DNA of 32,000 nucleotides from Vibrio tubiashii (GCA_000775715.1 JRWQ01000001.1:510225-542224), one strand, 5' to 3'. Counted from the stretch's first letter, positions 1 through 9,157 are shown. The notes: generated from the sequence alone by a model not told the origin. Program-made: numbers and translations.

Positions 1-646
1 GATTAAAAGTCACTTGTTCAGCCTTACCTTGTCTTTCAAATGTGAAGGTACTTGTTCGTACATTGCGATGAGAAATGAACTGATGATTAGTCAACTCAGC
101 TGCCGTTTTGGGGTGCCCGTACTCAGCCAAATACTCCTGTGAGGCCATCAAGTGAATCCCCAAGTCACCGATTCGTTTATAGATGAGCGAAGAATCCGGA
201 AATTCTGCACTGGCCCGAACACAAATGTCATAGCCTTCTTCGACCATATCAACAAACCGATCTTCAACCGAAATATCGAGCTCAATCTCAGGGTACTGTT
301 TTAAAAAACCAGCACATAGATTAGCGCTATCATGATCGCCCAGAACACTCGGCATACTCACTCGCAGTAACCCTGAAGGTGTTCCTCTCAGCTCAGCGAT
401 TTCACTTTCCGCGATCGACAATTGAGTGATTATTTTTCGACAATGTTTTAGAAATGACCGACCTGACTCTGTCAATGTCAGCACACGCGTAGTTCTTTGC
501 AATAACCGAGTACCGAGTGATTTCTCCAAGGCCGAGATCTGCTTACTCACATAAGAAGGTGTGGTGTTTAACTCATCGGCTGTTTTTGAAAAGTTTCCCG
601 TTTCTGTCACCCGAATGAATATCCGCATTGCGTTGAGCTTATCCAT
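1..646 (-). CDS. LysR-family transcriptional regulator, C-terminus truncated by window edge
   Basis: Not in the ORF track. Minus strand reads MDKLNAMRIFIRVTETGNFSKTADELNTTPSYVSKQISALEKSLGTRLLQRTTRVLTLTESG..., open to position 1; classic LysR N-terminal HTH. ATG at 644-646. Confidence 0.9.
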   Translation of the reverse strand, partial: MDKLNAMRIFIRVTETGNFSKTADELNTTPSYVSKQISALEKSLGTRLLQRTTRVLTLTESGRSFLKHCRKIITQLSIAESEIAELRGTPSGLLRVSMPSVLGDHDSANLCAGFLKQYPEIELDISVEDRFVDMVEEGYDICVRASAEFPDSSLIYKRIGDLGIHLMASQEYLAEYGHPKTAAELTNHQFISHRNVRTSTFTFERQGKAEQVTFN

Positions 647-760
647 GCTTACCATTCCTTGATTTATTCCAATATGGAAAAACTGTTAACCATCAAGGTA
701 TATTTATCAATCAGATAGGAATAAATACTATAACTCTCGATTCGTAAATGGAGAGACATC

Positions 761-1681
761 ATGAAAGCTGTTCAACTTAATGAAACAGGACAAGTAGAAA
801 TTCGAGATATCGCCGTTCCAAAACCAGAGCACGATGAGATTCTGATTAAAGTCTTAGCGGTCGGTATCAACCCTGTCGATTGGAAGATTGCATCAGGGCA
901 ACTTGATCAGTTGATTAATCAACCTCTACCTCTCACCCTTGGCTGGGATGTAGCGGGTGAAGTGGTTCATTCAGGCAAAGGCTACCTTGCAGGAGATAAA
1001 GTCTACGGCATGAAAACCATCGGCCAAGAGGGTACACTCTCAGAATACTGCACCGTCAAACGTTCAGAAATTACCCTCGCGCCGAAGACCTTAGATATTT
1101 TAAAAGCAGCCTCTGTCCCCATGGTTAGCTTAACTAGCTGGCAAGCCTTGTTCACCGCAGGAAATATTCGTCGCCATCAGCGTGTTCTAATTCAAGCTGG
1201 TGCCGGTGGGGTAGGTTCAATCGCTATTCAATTGGCCAAAATTATGGGAGCTTATGTCATTGCCACCACCTCAGCGAAAAATAGAGAGTACGTGCTTAGC
1301 CTCGGTGCAGATGAAGTGATTGATTATCAGACAAGCAACATCATCGATGCCCTAAAAGACAACCCCGTTGATTTGGTTCTAGAGTCTCAAGCAGGTGAGT
1401 TTCAGCTCGAAGCGATTGAAGTGCTAAAACCGAAGGGAAAGCTGGTGAGTATTTCATGGATCCCTCCAGAAATAGTGAAAGCCGCAGAGCAAAAAGGCGT
1501 CGAAACGGAGTTTGTTTTCGTTCAATACAATGCAGAACATTTACGCCACATTACTGACCTAATCGATGACGATCAGCTTAAAGTGACCCTCAGCGGTCAA
1601 TATCATTTCGAGGACATTGCTGAGGCTTACGATGAGAGCAAACAAGGTCGAGTACGAGGTAAACTGGTCGCCACATTCTAA
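761..1681 (+). CDS. NAD(P)-dependent alcohol dehydrogenase / quinone oxidoreductase (MDR, zinc-type fold)
   Basis: GWDVAGEV, IQAGAGGVGSIAIQLAK nucleotide-binding motif, whole-length MDR appearance. Confidence 0.9.
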   Translation: MKAVQLNETGQVEIRDIAVPKPEHDEILIKVLAVGINPVDWKIASGQLDQLINQPLPLTLGWDVAGEVVHSGKGYLAGDKVYGMKTIGQEGTLSEYCTVKRSEITLAPKTLDILKAASVPMVSLTSWQALFTAGNIRRHQRVLIQAGAGGVGSIAIQLAKIMGAYVIATTSAKNREYVLSLGADEVIDYQTSNIIDALKDNPVDLVLESQAGEFQLEAIEVLKPKGKLVSISWIPPEIVKAAEQKGVETEFVFVQYNAEHLRHITDLIDDDQLKVTLSGQYHFEDIAEAYDESKQGRVRGKLVATF

Positions 1682-1740
1682 CTCTTCTGTCACATAATCT
1701 GTAGATGATTGCCCTATTTCTCTGATGAATGGAACCACAA

Positions 1741-1773
1741 AAGAAAAACGCAGTGATTGGCCATCACTGCGCT
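1741..1773 (-). terminator. Rho-independent terminator-like hairpin reading on the minus strand
   Basis: CGCAGTGAT-TGGCC-ATCACTGCG (9-bp perfect stem, 1751-1773), flanked on the plus strand by aaaagaaaaa, i.e. TTTTTCTTTT after the stem on the minus strand. Confidence 0.5.
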
Positions 1774-2009
1774 CTGCCATCAAAGATACGGTGCCGCCCG
1801 TAAAAGAAATGGACAGTTCCTATCACCTTCAATCTGTGGTTTCAGGTTTGCTTTATGCAGGTTTATTCATCACGTATGGAATACCTAGTTAATACCCGAA
1901 GAGAAAGAAAACGCTCTTAAAATAGTTACTTCTTGAGATTCGGAGACACTAATCTGGTAATGGTTTATCTAGGGTTGAGTTTAAAACTAATTATTGTTAG
2001 CTTGTCGGC

Positions 2010-2063
2010 ATGAAATGTATCACAACACCTTCATCATTTTTCTTTTGGTGGCGCTCTAACTAG
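2010..2063 (+). CDS. Putative Trp leader peptide MKCITTPSSFFFWWRSN*
   Basis: ATG AAA TGT ATC ACA ACA CCT TCA TCA TTT TTC TTT TGG TGG CGC TCT AAC TAG; tandem Trp codons at 2046-2051 upstream of a TrpRS gene. The TGGTGGCGC tail resembles the E. coli trpL WWR tail. Weak point: no strong Shine-Dalgarno before the ATG. Confidence 0.7.
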   Translation: MKCITTPSSFFFWWRSN

Positions 2064-2155
2064 AGCGGCACGGGATTCTCACATTCTTAAGCTGCTGGAA
2101 GGTGGCTAGGACTGTGTTCTCATTATCTCCAGTAGCGATCTATTTACTAGGAGAT
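2048..2155 (+). promoter_or_regulatory. Structured leader with competing hairpins ahead of trpS-like gene
   Basis: Hairpin A:B GTGgCGCTCT-aact-AGAGCGgCAC (2048-2071); C:D GCTGCTGG (2091-2098) with CCAGTAGC (2129-2136); D':E ATCTCC-AGTA (2125-2134) with TACT-a-GGAGAT (2145-2155), the latter holding the SD GGAG at 2150-2153. Confidence 0.65.
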
Positions 2156-2161
2156 TAAATC

Positions 2162-3184
2162 ATGAACACTAATCAACCCTCTAATAAATCAGAAATTATT
2201 TTAACAGGCGACAGAGCGACAGGTCCCTTGCATCTTGGCCACTATGTCGGCTCTCTGAAGCAGCGTGTCTCTTTGCAACATGCTCACGACCAGACTATTC
2301 TTGTCGCTGATATGCAAGGTCTAACAGATAACGCTCACAATCCCTCAAAAGTATCTTCTAATATACTTAATGTCGTCGCAGATTATCTTGCGGTAGGTAT
2401 CGACCCGAGTAAAACAACCATTTGTCTTCAGTCGCAATTACCCGCATTAGCTGAGCTAACGATGTATTACAGTAATCTTGTGACGATAGCGCGATTGGAG
2501 CGAAACCCTACCGTGAAAAGTGAGATTCAAAATAGAGGCTTTGAACGCTCTATCCCTGCTGGCTTTTTAACATACCCAATTTCTCAGGCCGCAGACATCA
2601 CAGCTTTCAACGCGACTCTCGTTCCTGTTGGGGATGACCAACTGCCTATGCTTGAACAAACAAATGAGATTGTAAGAAAAATAAATGCCCTCGCAGGAAA
2701 AACAGTTCTCAATGAATGCCGCCCACTACTAAGTAACGCACCGCGTCTACCTAGCACAGATGGAAAGAACAAGATGTCAAAATCAATGGGCAATGCAATC
2801 AACCTTGGTTTTTCTCAGAAGGAGATCAGTGCTGCTGTAAAATCAATGTATACCGACCCAAATCACTTGAAAATTGAAGATGCAGGTTGTGTTGAAGGAA
2901 ACGTTGTTTTTACCTATCTTGATGCATTTCACCCAGATTCAGACTACATCACCCAATTGAAGGAGCACTACCAACGAGGAGGTCTTGGTGATGGAACCAC
3001 AAAAAAAATCCTTGATGAATGTCTGCAAGAACTACTTCGACCTATTCGAGAGAAAAGAGCTGAACTATTAAATGATAAAGCTCAGTTAATCAACATTTTG
3101 GCTAAGGGAAGTCAGGTATCTAGAGAGAAAACTGAGAAAGTACTTTTTGATATCAAAGATATATTCGGGCTGAATATCCTCTGA
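2162..3184 (+). CDS. trpS: Tryptophanyl-tRNA synthetase (possible auxiliary/second copy)
   Basis: Class I aaRS signatures PLHLGHYVGSL and KMSKS, LVPVGDDQLPMLEQT, GIDPSKTTICLQSQ. SD GGAG 8 nt before ATG. Confidence 0.93.
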   Translation: MNTNQPSNKSEIILTGDRATGPLHLGHYVGSLKQRVSLQHAHDQTILVADMQGLTDNAHNPSKVSSNILNVVADYLAVGIDPSKTTICLQSQLPALAELTMYYSNLVTIARLERNPTVKSEIQNRGFERSIPAGFLTYPISQAADITAFNATLVPVGDDQLPMLEQTNEIVRKINALAGKTVLNECRPLLSNAPRLPSTDGKNKMSKSMGNAINLGFSQKEISAAVKSMYTDPNHLKIEDAGCVEGNVVFTYLDAFHPDSDYITQLKEHYQRGGLGDGTTKKILDECLQELLRPIREKRAELLNDKAQLINILAKGSQVSREKTEKVLFDIKDIFGLNIL

Positions 3185-3474
3185 ACTGAACAGACTATGC
3201 TTCGGGAGCCTCAACTCAAACTAGTGAGTAATGCTCCCGACCTGATCCGAGTTGCATTGGCATGCAACAACCCACCACAAGCAGGCAACAAGTATGTTTA
3301 ACCGCTACAAACATCATTTCCAGTCTTTTTTGAACGTAACTTGCTGTCAATTGCAAGGTTAAGCAAAGATAACGCCATCAGGTTATCACTTAACTCAAGT
3401 AGAGTTCTGACTCACCAGATTTCCTCTAGTCTAAATGGCTTTTTGACACCTGTGTCTCTACCTTTTTTAGTCAT

Positions 3475-4278
3475 TTACTGAGGCTGACGTTTCATATCGT
3501 CATGAACCATGGCATTGTCCAGTTCGTGGATTGTACCGATACGCACACGTTTTTCCGGTGCCAGCTTTTCGTACTCAGTGAGATAGATATCGCTGTGAAT
3601 GTGCTCGGCAATCATTTTCACCAACAGGCGATTGTTGGTATATAAGCCTACCGTCTCTTCTCGATGTGAGAACATTAAGCCCTGCTTCATATCGGCAACA
3701 ATCATAAAGCGGTGGGAAGGATACTCAGTCTCTTCATTATCTGAGCGAGCGTAGAGCTCAATTTTTGGATGAGGTACCGCGATGCGATTAAATGAGAAGG
3801 CGATAATTCGCACTCCACGCTCAGCCGCCTCAATCAATTCTGCCGAGAATCTTGGGTCAAGTTGGAAGTCGGTGTTGAGGTAGATTTCGACTTGAGCTAA
3901 CTCGATCACCTCTTTGGCTTTCTGGACTAAGTTGTCGATACCAGTGACGTTGTACACAAACTCTTTTTCCTCAGTGAGCATCATTCGTGACAACTCTTTC
4001 TTAAGGATATGGATGTTTTCTACGGTACTCTTTTCGATCTGGTTAAAGATAAGCTCTGGAGATTTGGCTTCGTACTCTTTAGTGTCTCCATCGGACATAA
4101 AGATATAACCATTTTTGTATAGATTATCGATAGAAGAGTAGACAGAAGAACGCGACAGAGAGATATCTTTCGCGATTTTGTAGCCACTGGCACAACCGTT
4201 TTTGAGAAGGTTGATATAGACCAAGGAATCCGTTTTCGTAAAACCAAAATTCATCAACTTAGTAACCAAGTCTGACAC
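3475..4278 (-). CDS. TrmB-family transcriptional regulator (sugar-responsive type)
   Basis: N-terminal TrmB-type wHTH (LMNFGFTKTDSLVYINLLKNGCASGYKIAKDISLSRSSVYSSIDNLYKNGYI) plus helical linker and PLD-like effector region. Track ORF extends to 4302; GTG at 4278 has a good RBS (AGAGGA-caaacc-GTG). Confidence 0.82.
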   Translation of the reverse strand: MSDLVTKLMNFGFTKTDSLVYINLLKNGCASGYKIAKDISLSRSSVYSSIDNLYKNGYIFMSDGDTKEYEAKSPELIFNQIEKSTVENIHILKKELSRMMLTEEKEFVYNVTGIDNLVQKAKEVIELAQVEIYLNTDFQLDPRFSAELIEAAERGVRIIAFSFNRIAVPHPKIELYARSDNEETEYPSHRFMIVADMKQGLMFSHREETVGLYTNNRLLVKMIAEHIHSDIYLTEYEKLAPEKRVRIGTIHELDNAMVHDDMKRQPQ

Positions 4279-4335
4279 GGTTTGTCCTCTAAAATTATTC
4301 AATATTGTGTTCCACTTTGGTTAGATTATCACTGG

Positions 4336-5235
4336 TTAAGCTCTAAGCCTAACTTGACGTGCAAGTAGTTGCGCTTTTGTTTGAGCTGCTCCGTGAGCAA
4401 TAGAAAAATCCTCGTAGGGCAGAGCCAGCATTGCTGGCCGCGGGGAGAGGTTGCAATAGCGACTAAGGGCAACTTTTAGGTCACTCGAGATCTGTGCATA
4501 GCGCGACGCGCTGCCAAGTATTAGCAAGCTTCTTGGCAAGCTATTTTCGATATGTGGCTTTAGCGCGCGAGCCAGTTGATCGATGTAGCGTCGATAGGTA
4601 CGTGCGGCAATAGGGTCTCCAGATTCTAATGCGCAAAATATCTCTTTTACATTGGCGCGTTTAAGCAGGATCTGCTCATACTGTCGCTCCAATCCTGAAA
4701 CCGAAACAAACTGTTCAGTACACGCTTCACTGGCACAACTGCAGCTAGTAACGAGGCCATCAAGGACGAAGTCATAGTCCGGAAGAGCGACATGCGCCCA
4801 GGGTATCGAGCGCATGGTGCGTTGAGAAATACCGCGACGAGTTCTACTGCAAGAGTAAAGCTCGCATTCGTTATCGAGTACAACGCACAGCACTTCTCCG
4901 AGTTTTATCTGCGATAAGACATCAGGTGAACTCTGTAAACCAGCTTCGACAAAGTTGCTCTTGCTGCAAGGGATTCGATAGTGCTGTTCAATCAGGGTGG
5001 GTAACGCCAATTGATGACGCTCAAGCCAGACTTGAACTTCCTCAGTCATCGCCAACCCAATCGAACAGAATGTACTGTATGCCCATTGGAAGTTGTCCAC
5101 CAACTGAAACACCTGCTGTTTAACTTCCAGCGCGGTCTGATTGAGGCTTTGCTGACTCGTATATACGGTATTGAGCTGCTCATCAAGCACCGTCGCCTTG
5201 AGTTGAACTTTGTCTATCGAGATCCCCAGATGCAT
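4336..5235 (-). CDS. ROK-family-like protein (sugar kinase/regulator-like), divergent
   Basis: MHLGISIDKVQLKATVLDEQLNTVY... and C-terminal RSLLILGSASRYAQ...FSIAHGAAQTKAQLLARQ give an ROK-like layout. Preferred start at 5235 with upstream GAGGGGAA; track ORF extends to 5289. Confidence 0.6.
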   Translation of the reverse strand: MHLGISIDKVQLKATVLDEQLNTVYTSQQSLNQTALEVKQQVFQLVDNFQWAYSTFCSIGLAMTEEVQVWLERHQLALPTLIEQHYRIPCSKSNFVEAGLQSSPDVLSQIKLGEVLCVVLDNECELYSCSRTRRGISQRTMRSIPWAHVALPDYDFVLDGLVTSCSCASEACTEQFVSVSGLERQYEQILLKRANVKEIFCALESGDPIAARTYRRYIDQLARALKPHIENSLPRSLLILGSASRYAQISSDLKVALSRYCNLSPRPAMLALPYEDFSIAHGAAQTKAQLLARQVRLRA

Positions 5236-5248
5236 GCTTTCCCCTCGC

Positions 5249-7018
5249 TTAGTCGTACCAGTAACCGTAAGCCGGTAAACTGATGTCACGATTATCTAGC
5301 GTTACGTTGGCCGGAGAGTCGCTGTTGTTGATCAGGAAGCGTCTTGAGCCGCGTTGATAGCCGACAACGGTAGGATGATGAGTCTCTATCCAGTCGATGT
5401 ATGGTTGATTAAAGCTGTCATCGCCTTTTCTTAGCTCGATCAGTTGTTCAATGAAGGCTTTGAAATCGAGTTCTGTCTGGTTTGGAGACCAGTTCATACA
5501 GCGGCGGTTATCTTCAAGTCCCATGCCTTTTCTCCCTTCCATCGCGACTTCGCCGCCATAGTAAATGCAGGGAGCACCAGCTTGAGTGAACATAAACAGA
5601 TAGGCGAGTTTCGCCCGACGAAGATCGTTACCGCAAAGACTAATTAAGCGAGTGGTATCGTGGCTTTCTAGCAAGTTAAACATCGCTTCGTTAACGTTGC
5701 GTGGATAGGCCAGATAAGCGCTTGTGACAGTCTCCATAAACTGCTGTTTGTTCTGGGCATCAAGGGCAAAGTAATCGGTAATGGCCTGAGTCATTGGGTA
5801 GTTCATTAACGAATCGTACTGATCACCACGCAACCATGGCATACCTTCGTGCCAAATCTCCCCCAAAATGTAGCAGTCTGGTTTTACCTGCTTAACTACG
5901 TTGCGAAACTCGCGCCAGAACTGGTGGTCAACTTCATTGGCGACATCCAGTCTCCAGCCGTCGATGTCGAACTCTTCTACCCAGTAGCGAGCGACATCTA
6001 ACAGGTATTCACGACATGGCTGATGTTCAGTGTTGAGCTTTGGCATCTCAAGCACGTTGCCAAACGTTTCGTAGTTGAAGTTCCAGCAGTCCCACTCCGA
6101 TTTATCAGTGTCGGGATAAACGGGGAACTGATTGATCCAAAACCAGTCTGCGTATTGAGATTTTTCGCCGTTCTTAACCACGTCTAACCAGAACGGATGT
6201 TGATCGCCGATGTGATTGAACACCGCGTCGAGCATCACTTTCATGCCTCGATCATGCGCCTCTTTAATCAGAGCTCTGAATGCTTCATTGCCGCCAAAGT
6301 GAGGATCGACATTGAAGTAATCAACTGTGTCGTACTTATGGCTGGTATTGGCAGTAAAGATTGGGCACAGATAGAGTCCGTTGACCCCCAAATTTTTAAG
6401 GTAATCGAGATGTTCAATTACGCCCCACAAATCACCGCCCATAAAGTTGCTTGAGGTAGGAACGCTTCCCCATGGCTCAGCATTTTTCGGGCTTATTTCT
6501 GGTCTTCCGTTGGCAAATCGTTCAGGAAAGATCTGATACCAAACGGTCGACTTGGTCCATTGTGGAGTGACCAGAACATCTTTTGGATTGATATAAGGGA
6601 AGCAGAAGAAATTGCTCAGATTGCTCAGCTCAGTTTCTTCCGCTGCCTTGCTGTGTAAATCAACGGTGCGTTTCTCGCCAAACAGTATTTTTTCACCATC
6701 TTTGCCGTAGAGAATAAAACCGTAACGACTGCGGCGTTTAGGCGGTGTAAACTCCGCAAACCAGTGGTCGTGATGTTCGGTGACACCTTCTCGTTCCATT
6801 GGAACTTCGTTGCCACCGACCCAGCCATGAGCATCGCTGCCGCCCAGGTTACCACCGTCCAAGCCTCCTTCCGCCCAGCGGTAAGGGTCACCTATCCATA
6901 AGCTAACGCGCTCAACTTCGTCTTTGGCACATTTAAGTCTCAGGTGCAGAGTCTGCTCATCGTAAGCGTAGCTGTCCGCACTTTTAACTGTGTGTGTTAG
7001 TGAGCTTCGGGTAATCAT
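5249..7018 (-). CDS. GH13 cytoplasmic cyclomaltodextrinase/neopullulanase-type glycosidase
   Basis: DAVFNHIG, EFDIDGWRLDVANEVD, YILGEIWHEG, NLLESHDTTR (catalytic D/E/D), MPKLNTEH and an N-terminal beta-sandwich domain as in GH13 cyclodextrin-hydrolysing enzymes; no signal peptide. Confidence 0.88.
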   Translation of the reverse strand: MITRSSLTHTVKSADSYAYDEQTLHLRLKCAKDEVERVSLWIGDPYRWAEGGLDGGNLGGSDAHGWVGGNEVPMEREGVTEHHDHWFAEFTPPKRRSRYGFILYGKDGEKILFGEKRTVDLHSKAAEETELSNLSNFFCFPYINPKDVLVTPQWTKSTVWYQIFPERFANGRPEISPKNAEPWGSVPTSSNFMGGDLWGVIEHLDYLKNLGVNGLYLCPIFTANTSHKYDTVDYFNVDPHFGGNEAFRALIKEAHDRGMKVMLDAVFNHIGDQHPFWLDVVKNGEKSQYADWFWINQFPVYPDTDKSEWDCWNFNYETFGNVLEMPKLNTEHQPCREYLLDVARYWVEEFDIDGWRLDVANEVDHQFWREFRNVVKQVKPDCYILGEIWHEGMPWLRGDQYDSLMNYPMTQAITDYFALDAQNKQQFMETVTSAYLAYPRNVNEAMFNLLESHDTTRLISLCGNDLRRAKLAYLFMFTQAGAPCIYYGGEVAMEGRKGMGLEDNRRCMNWSPNQTELDFKAFIEQLIELRKGDDSFNQPYIDWIETHHPTVVGYQRGSRRFLINNSDSPANVTLDNRDISLPAYGYWYD

Positions 7019-7034
7019 AAATTAGATCCTGTTA

Positions 7035-7868
7035 TTATTCTTTTACTGCACCACTCACTAAGCCTGTGGTGATGTGTTTTTGAGTCGCAACAAAAAGCAG
7101 AGTGATCGGTATTGCTACCAGCAGAGAGCCTGCGGCAAACAGAGTGAAGTTTTCTGCCGAGTTAGAGGTGATCCAACTGAAAATACCAATAGCCAGAGTC
7201 ATTTTCTCTTCACTGCGTAAGATCAGAGTTGGCAGAATGAAGTCCATCCACGGGCCAGTAAATGACACCAGAGCGACAAACACCAAGATAGGTCTCGCCA
7301 GAGGTAAGATGATCTCGATAAAAATAGTCATATGCCCTGCACCGTCGATTTTTGCTGCCTCATCGAGCGAAGTCGGAATCGCGTCAAAGTAACCCTTCAC
7401 TAGCCAAGTCATAAACGGTAGCGAGCCAGCGACGTAGACAAACAACAGACCGGCGTAGGTATCGATCATATTAAGTTTCGATAGCAGGATATAAATCGCT
7501 GTCATCGATAAGAACGCAGGGAACATCTGCAATACCAGCACACCCATCAAGACATTGCGTTTGCCTTTAAATCGATAGCGTGAGAACACGTAAGCGGTCA
7601 TGGTGACCACCACCAGAGAAATCAGCATATTCGCCGTTGCCAGAGCGAAGGTGTTGAGATACCACTGCAAATAAGGGGTATCCTGAAACAGCGCCACATA
7701 ATGCTCTAGTGAAAAGCTCCAACCGGAAAACGAGGAGCTGAACATATTGCTGCCCGGTTTGAAGGACGCCAATACTGTCCAGATAACCGGCCCTAAAACC
7801 AGTAATGCATTGGTTAACAGGAACAGATAGACCAAACCTGTGGCTAATTTTTGCAACAGAAACTTCAT
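7035..7868 (-). CDS. MalG-like ABC sugar permease
   Basis: Multi-TM; EAAKIDGAGHMTIFIEIILPLARPI EAA loop; MalG-like C-terminus. Confidence 0.92.
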   Translation of the reverse strand: MKFLLQKLATGLVYLFLLTNALLVLGPVIWTVLASFKPGSNMFSSSFSGWSFSLEHYVALFQDTPYLQWYLNTFALATANMLISLVVVTMTAYVFSRYRFKGKRNVLMGVLVLQMFPAFLSMTAIYILLSKLNMIDTYAGLLFVYVAGSLPFMTWLVKGYFDAIPTSLDEAAKIDGAGHMTIFIEIILPLARPILVFVALVSFTGPWMDFILPTLILRSEEKMTLAIGIFSWITSNSAENFTLFAAGSLLVAIPITLLFVATQKHITTGLVSGAVKE

Positions 7869-9154
7869 TACTTCATCCCCACATCATCGCTAAACGAAGA
7901 CATCCGTCGGAACTGCCAGATCGCAATCACTGACAAAAACAAGAAAATAATTATCGAAATCACAGAGGCGATTTGGTACTGCTGGAAGTCGAGTGTGAGT
8001 TTGTAAATCCAGGTAATTAAGATGTCGGTATGCCCTGCAAATCGGTACTCAGGGTTGATCGGTCCGCCTTCGGTTAACAGGAAGATTGCGCCAAAGTTAT
8101 TGAAGTTATGGGCAAACGTCATCACCAGAGAAGGAGCGACCTGATGCAACACCATCGGTAGGGTGATTTCCCTGAACTGCTGGAACTTGTTGGCGCCATC
8201 GACCTCACTAGCCTCATAAAGATCTTGAGGTATGTTGGTTAAGGCTCCTGAAATAAGCAGCATGAAGTAGGGAGCACCGACCCAGACGCTGACCGCTATC
8301 ACCGTGACTTTCGCCATCCATGGATCGGAGAGAAAAGCAACGGAATCAAAGCCCCAGCTATTCAGGGTTGCATTGACCGGACCGACACCATTTAATAGCA
8401 GTCGGAACATCAGCAGAGTAACGAAAGCAGGAATCGCATAAGGTAAAATAAAAACGAAACGCCACGCTTTTTTCGCTTTGATGTTCTTGTTGGACAACGC
8501 CAGTGCCAGCACAAAACCAAAACCACAGGTACATATAGTCGCCAGAATCGCCCACATCACTGTCCAGGTTGCTACGCCAACAAAGGTATTCGACCAAATT
8601 CGCAGTTCAAACAGGGCGATAAAGTTCTTAAACCCGACCCAGTCAACCAAGTTCCTTGGCGGAATATGATGAGGCGCTGAGTAGTTGGTAAATGAGACCA
8701 GTACGGTGATGACAATCGGCATAATGATAAAGGCGATACTGGTTAACATTGCTGGAGAAAGCACCAGAAAAGCAAACTGTCGGTCATATATCGCTTTGAT
8801 CTGCTCGGACGCTGACATCTGACACGGCTGGCAGGATTTGGCATCATTGATGTTAAGTGCATAAAGGCACAGAAAAACAAACACCGCGATCAGAGCAATC
8901 ACACCTTCAACCAACAGGAAGACAGAGTGATCGCCCTGAATGATGGTGAAGCCTTCGCGTGTCTGAGCCACATCGCCAAGAGTAATGAGCTGCTTTAACG
9001 CCAGGCTAAGCTCTGGAATGCTAAAGATAAAAAGTAGCTGAATGAGCAACCAGACCAAGCCTTTTACCCAATGGCCCTGACGCATTTGCGTCAGGCCCAT
9101 GATAAGAACTGAAGCGTTGATCATTGGTTGCATTCGAGTTTGAGACAACAACAT
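7868..9154 (-). CDS. MalF-like ABC sugar permease
   Basis: Multi-TM; EASEVDGANKFQQFREITLPMV EAA loop; overlaps the MalG start by 1 nt. Confidence 0.9.
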   Translation of the reverse strand: MLLSQTRMQPMINASVLIMGLTQMRQGHWVKGLVWLLIQLLFIFSIPELSLALKQLITLGDVAQTREGFTIIQGDHSVFLLVEGVIALIAVFVFLCLYALNINDAKSCQPCQMSASEQIKAIYDRQFAFLVLSPAMLTSIAFIIMPIVITVLVSFTNYSAPHHIPPRNLVDWVGFKNFIALFELRIWSNTFVGVATWTVMWAILATICTCGFGFVLALALSNKNIKAKKAWRFVFILPYAIPAFVTLLMFRLLLNGVGPVNATLNSWGFDSVAFLSDPWMAKVTVIAVSVWVGAPYFMLLISGALTNIPQDLYEASEVDGANKFQQFREITLPMVLHQVAPSLVMTFAHNFNNFGAIFLLTEGGPINPEYRFAGHTDILITWIYKLTLDFQQYQIASVISIIIFLFLSVIAIWQFRRMSSFSDDVGMK

Positions 9155-9157
9155 CTC

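Noticed and set aside
2040-2161. T-box or classical intrinsic-terminator attenuator upstream of trpS
   Set aside because: No T-box core sequence and no stem followed by a U-tract; the leader ORF plus SD-pairing hairpin explains the structure better.
8358-8669. Small ORFs inside the malF-like gene
   Set aside because: Antisense or out-of-frame ORFs within a well-supported coding sequence; same reasoning applies to the other short overlapping ORFs in the track (for example 12147..12368, 14767..14964, 15652..16045, 28078..28356).
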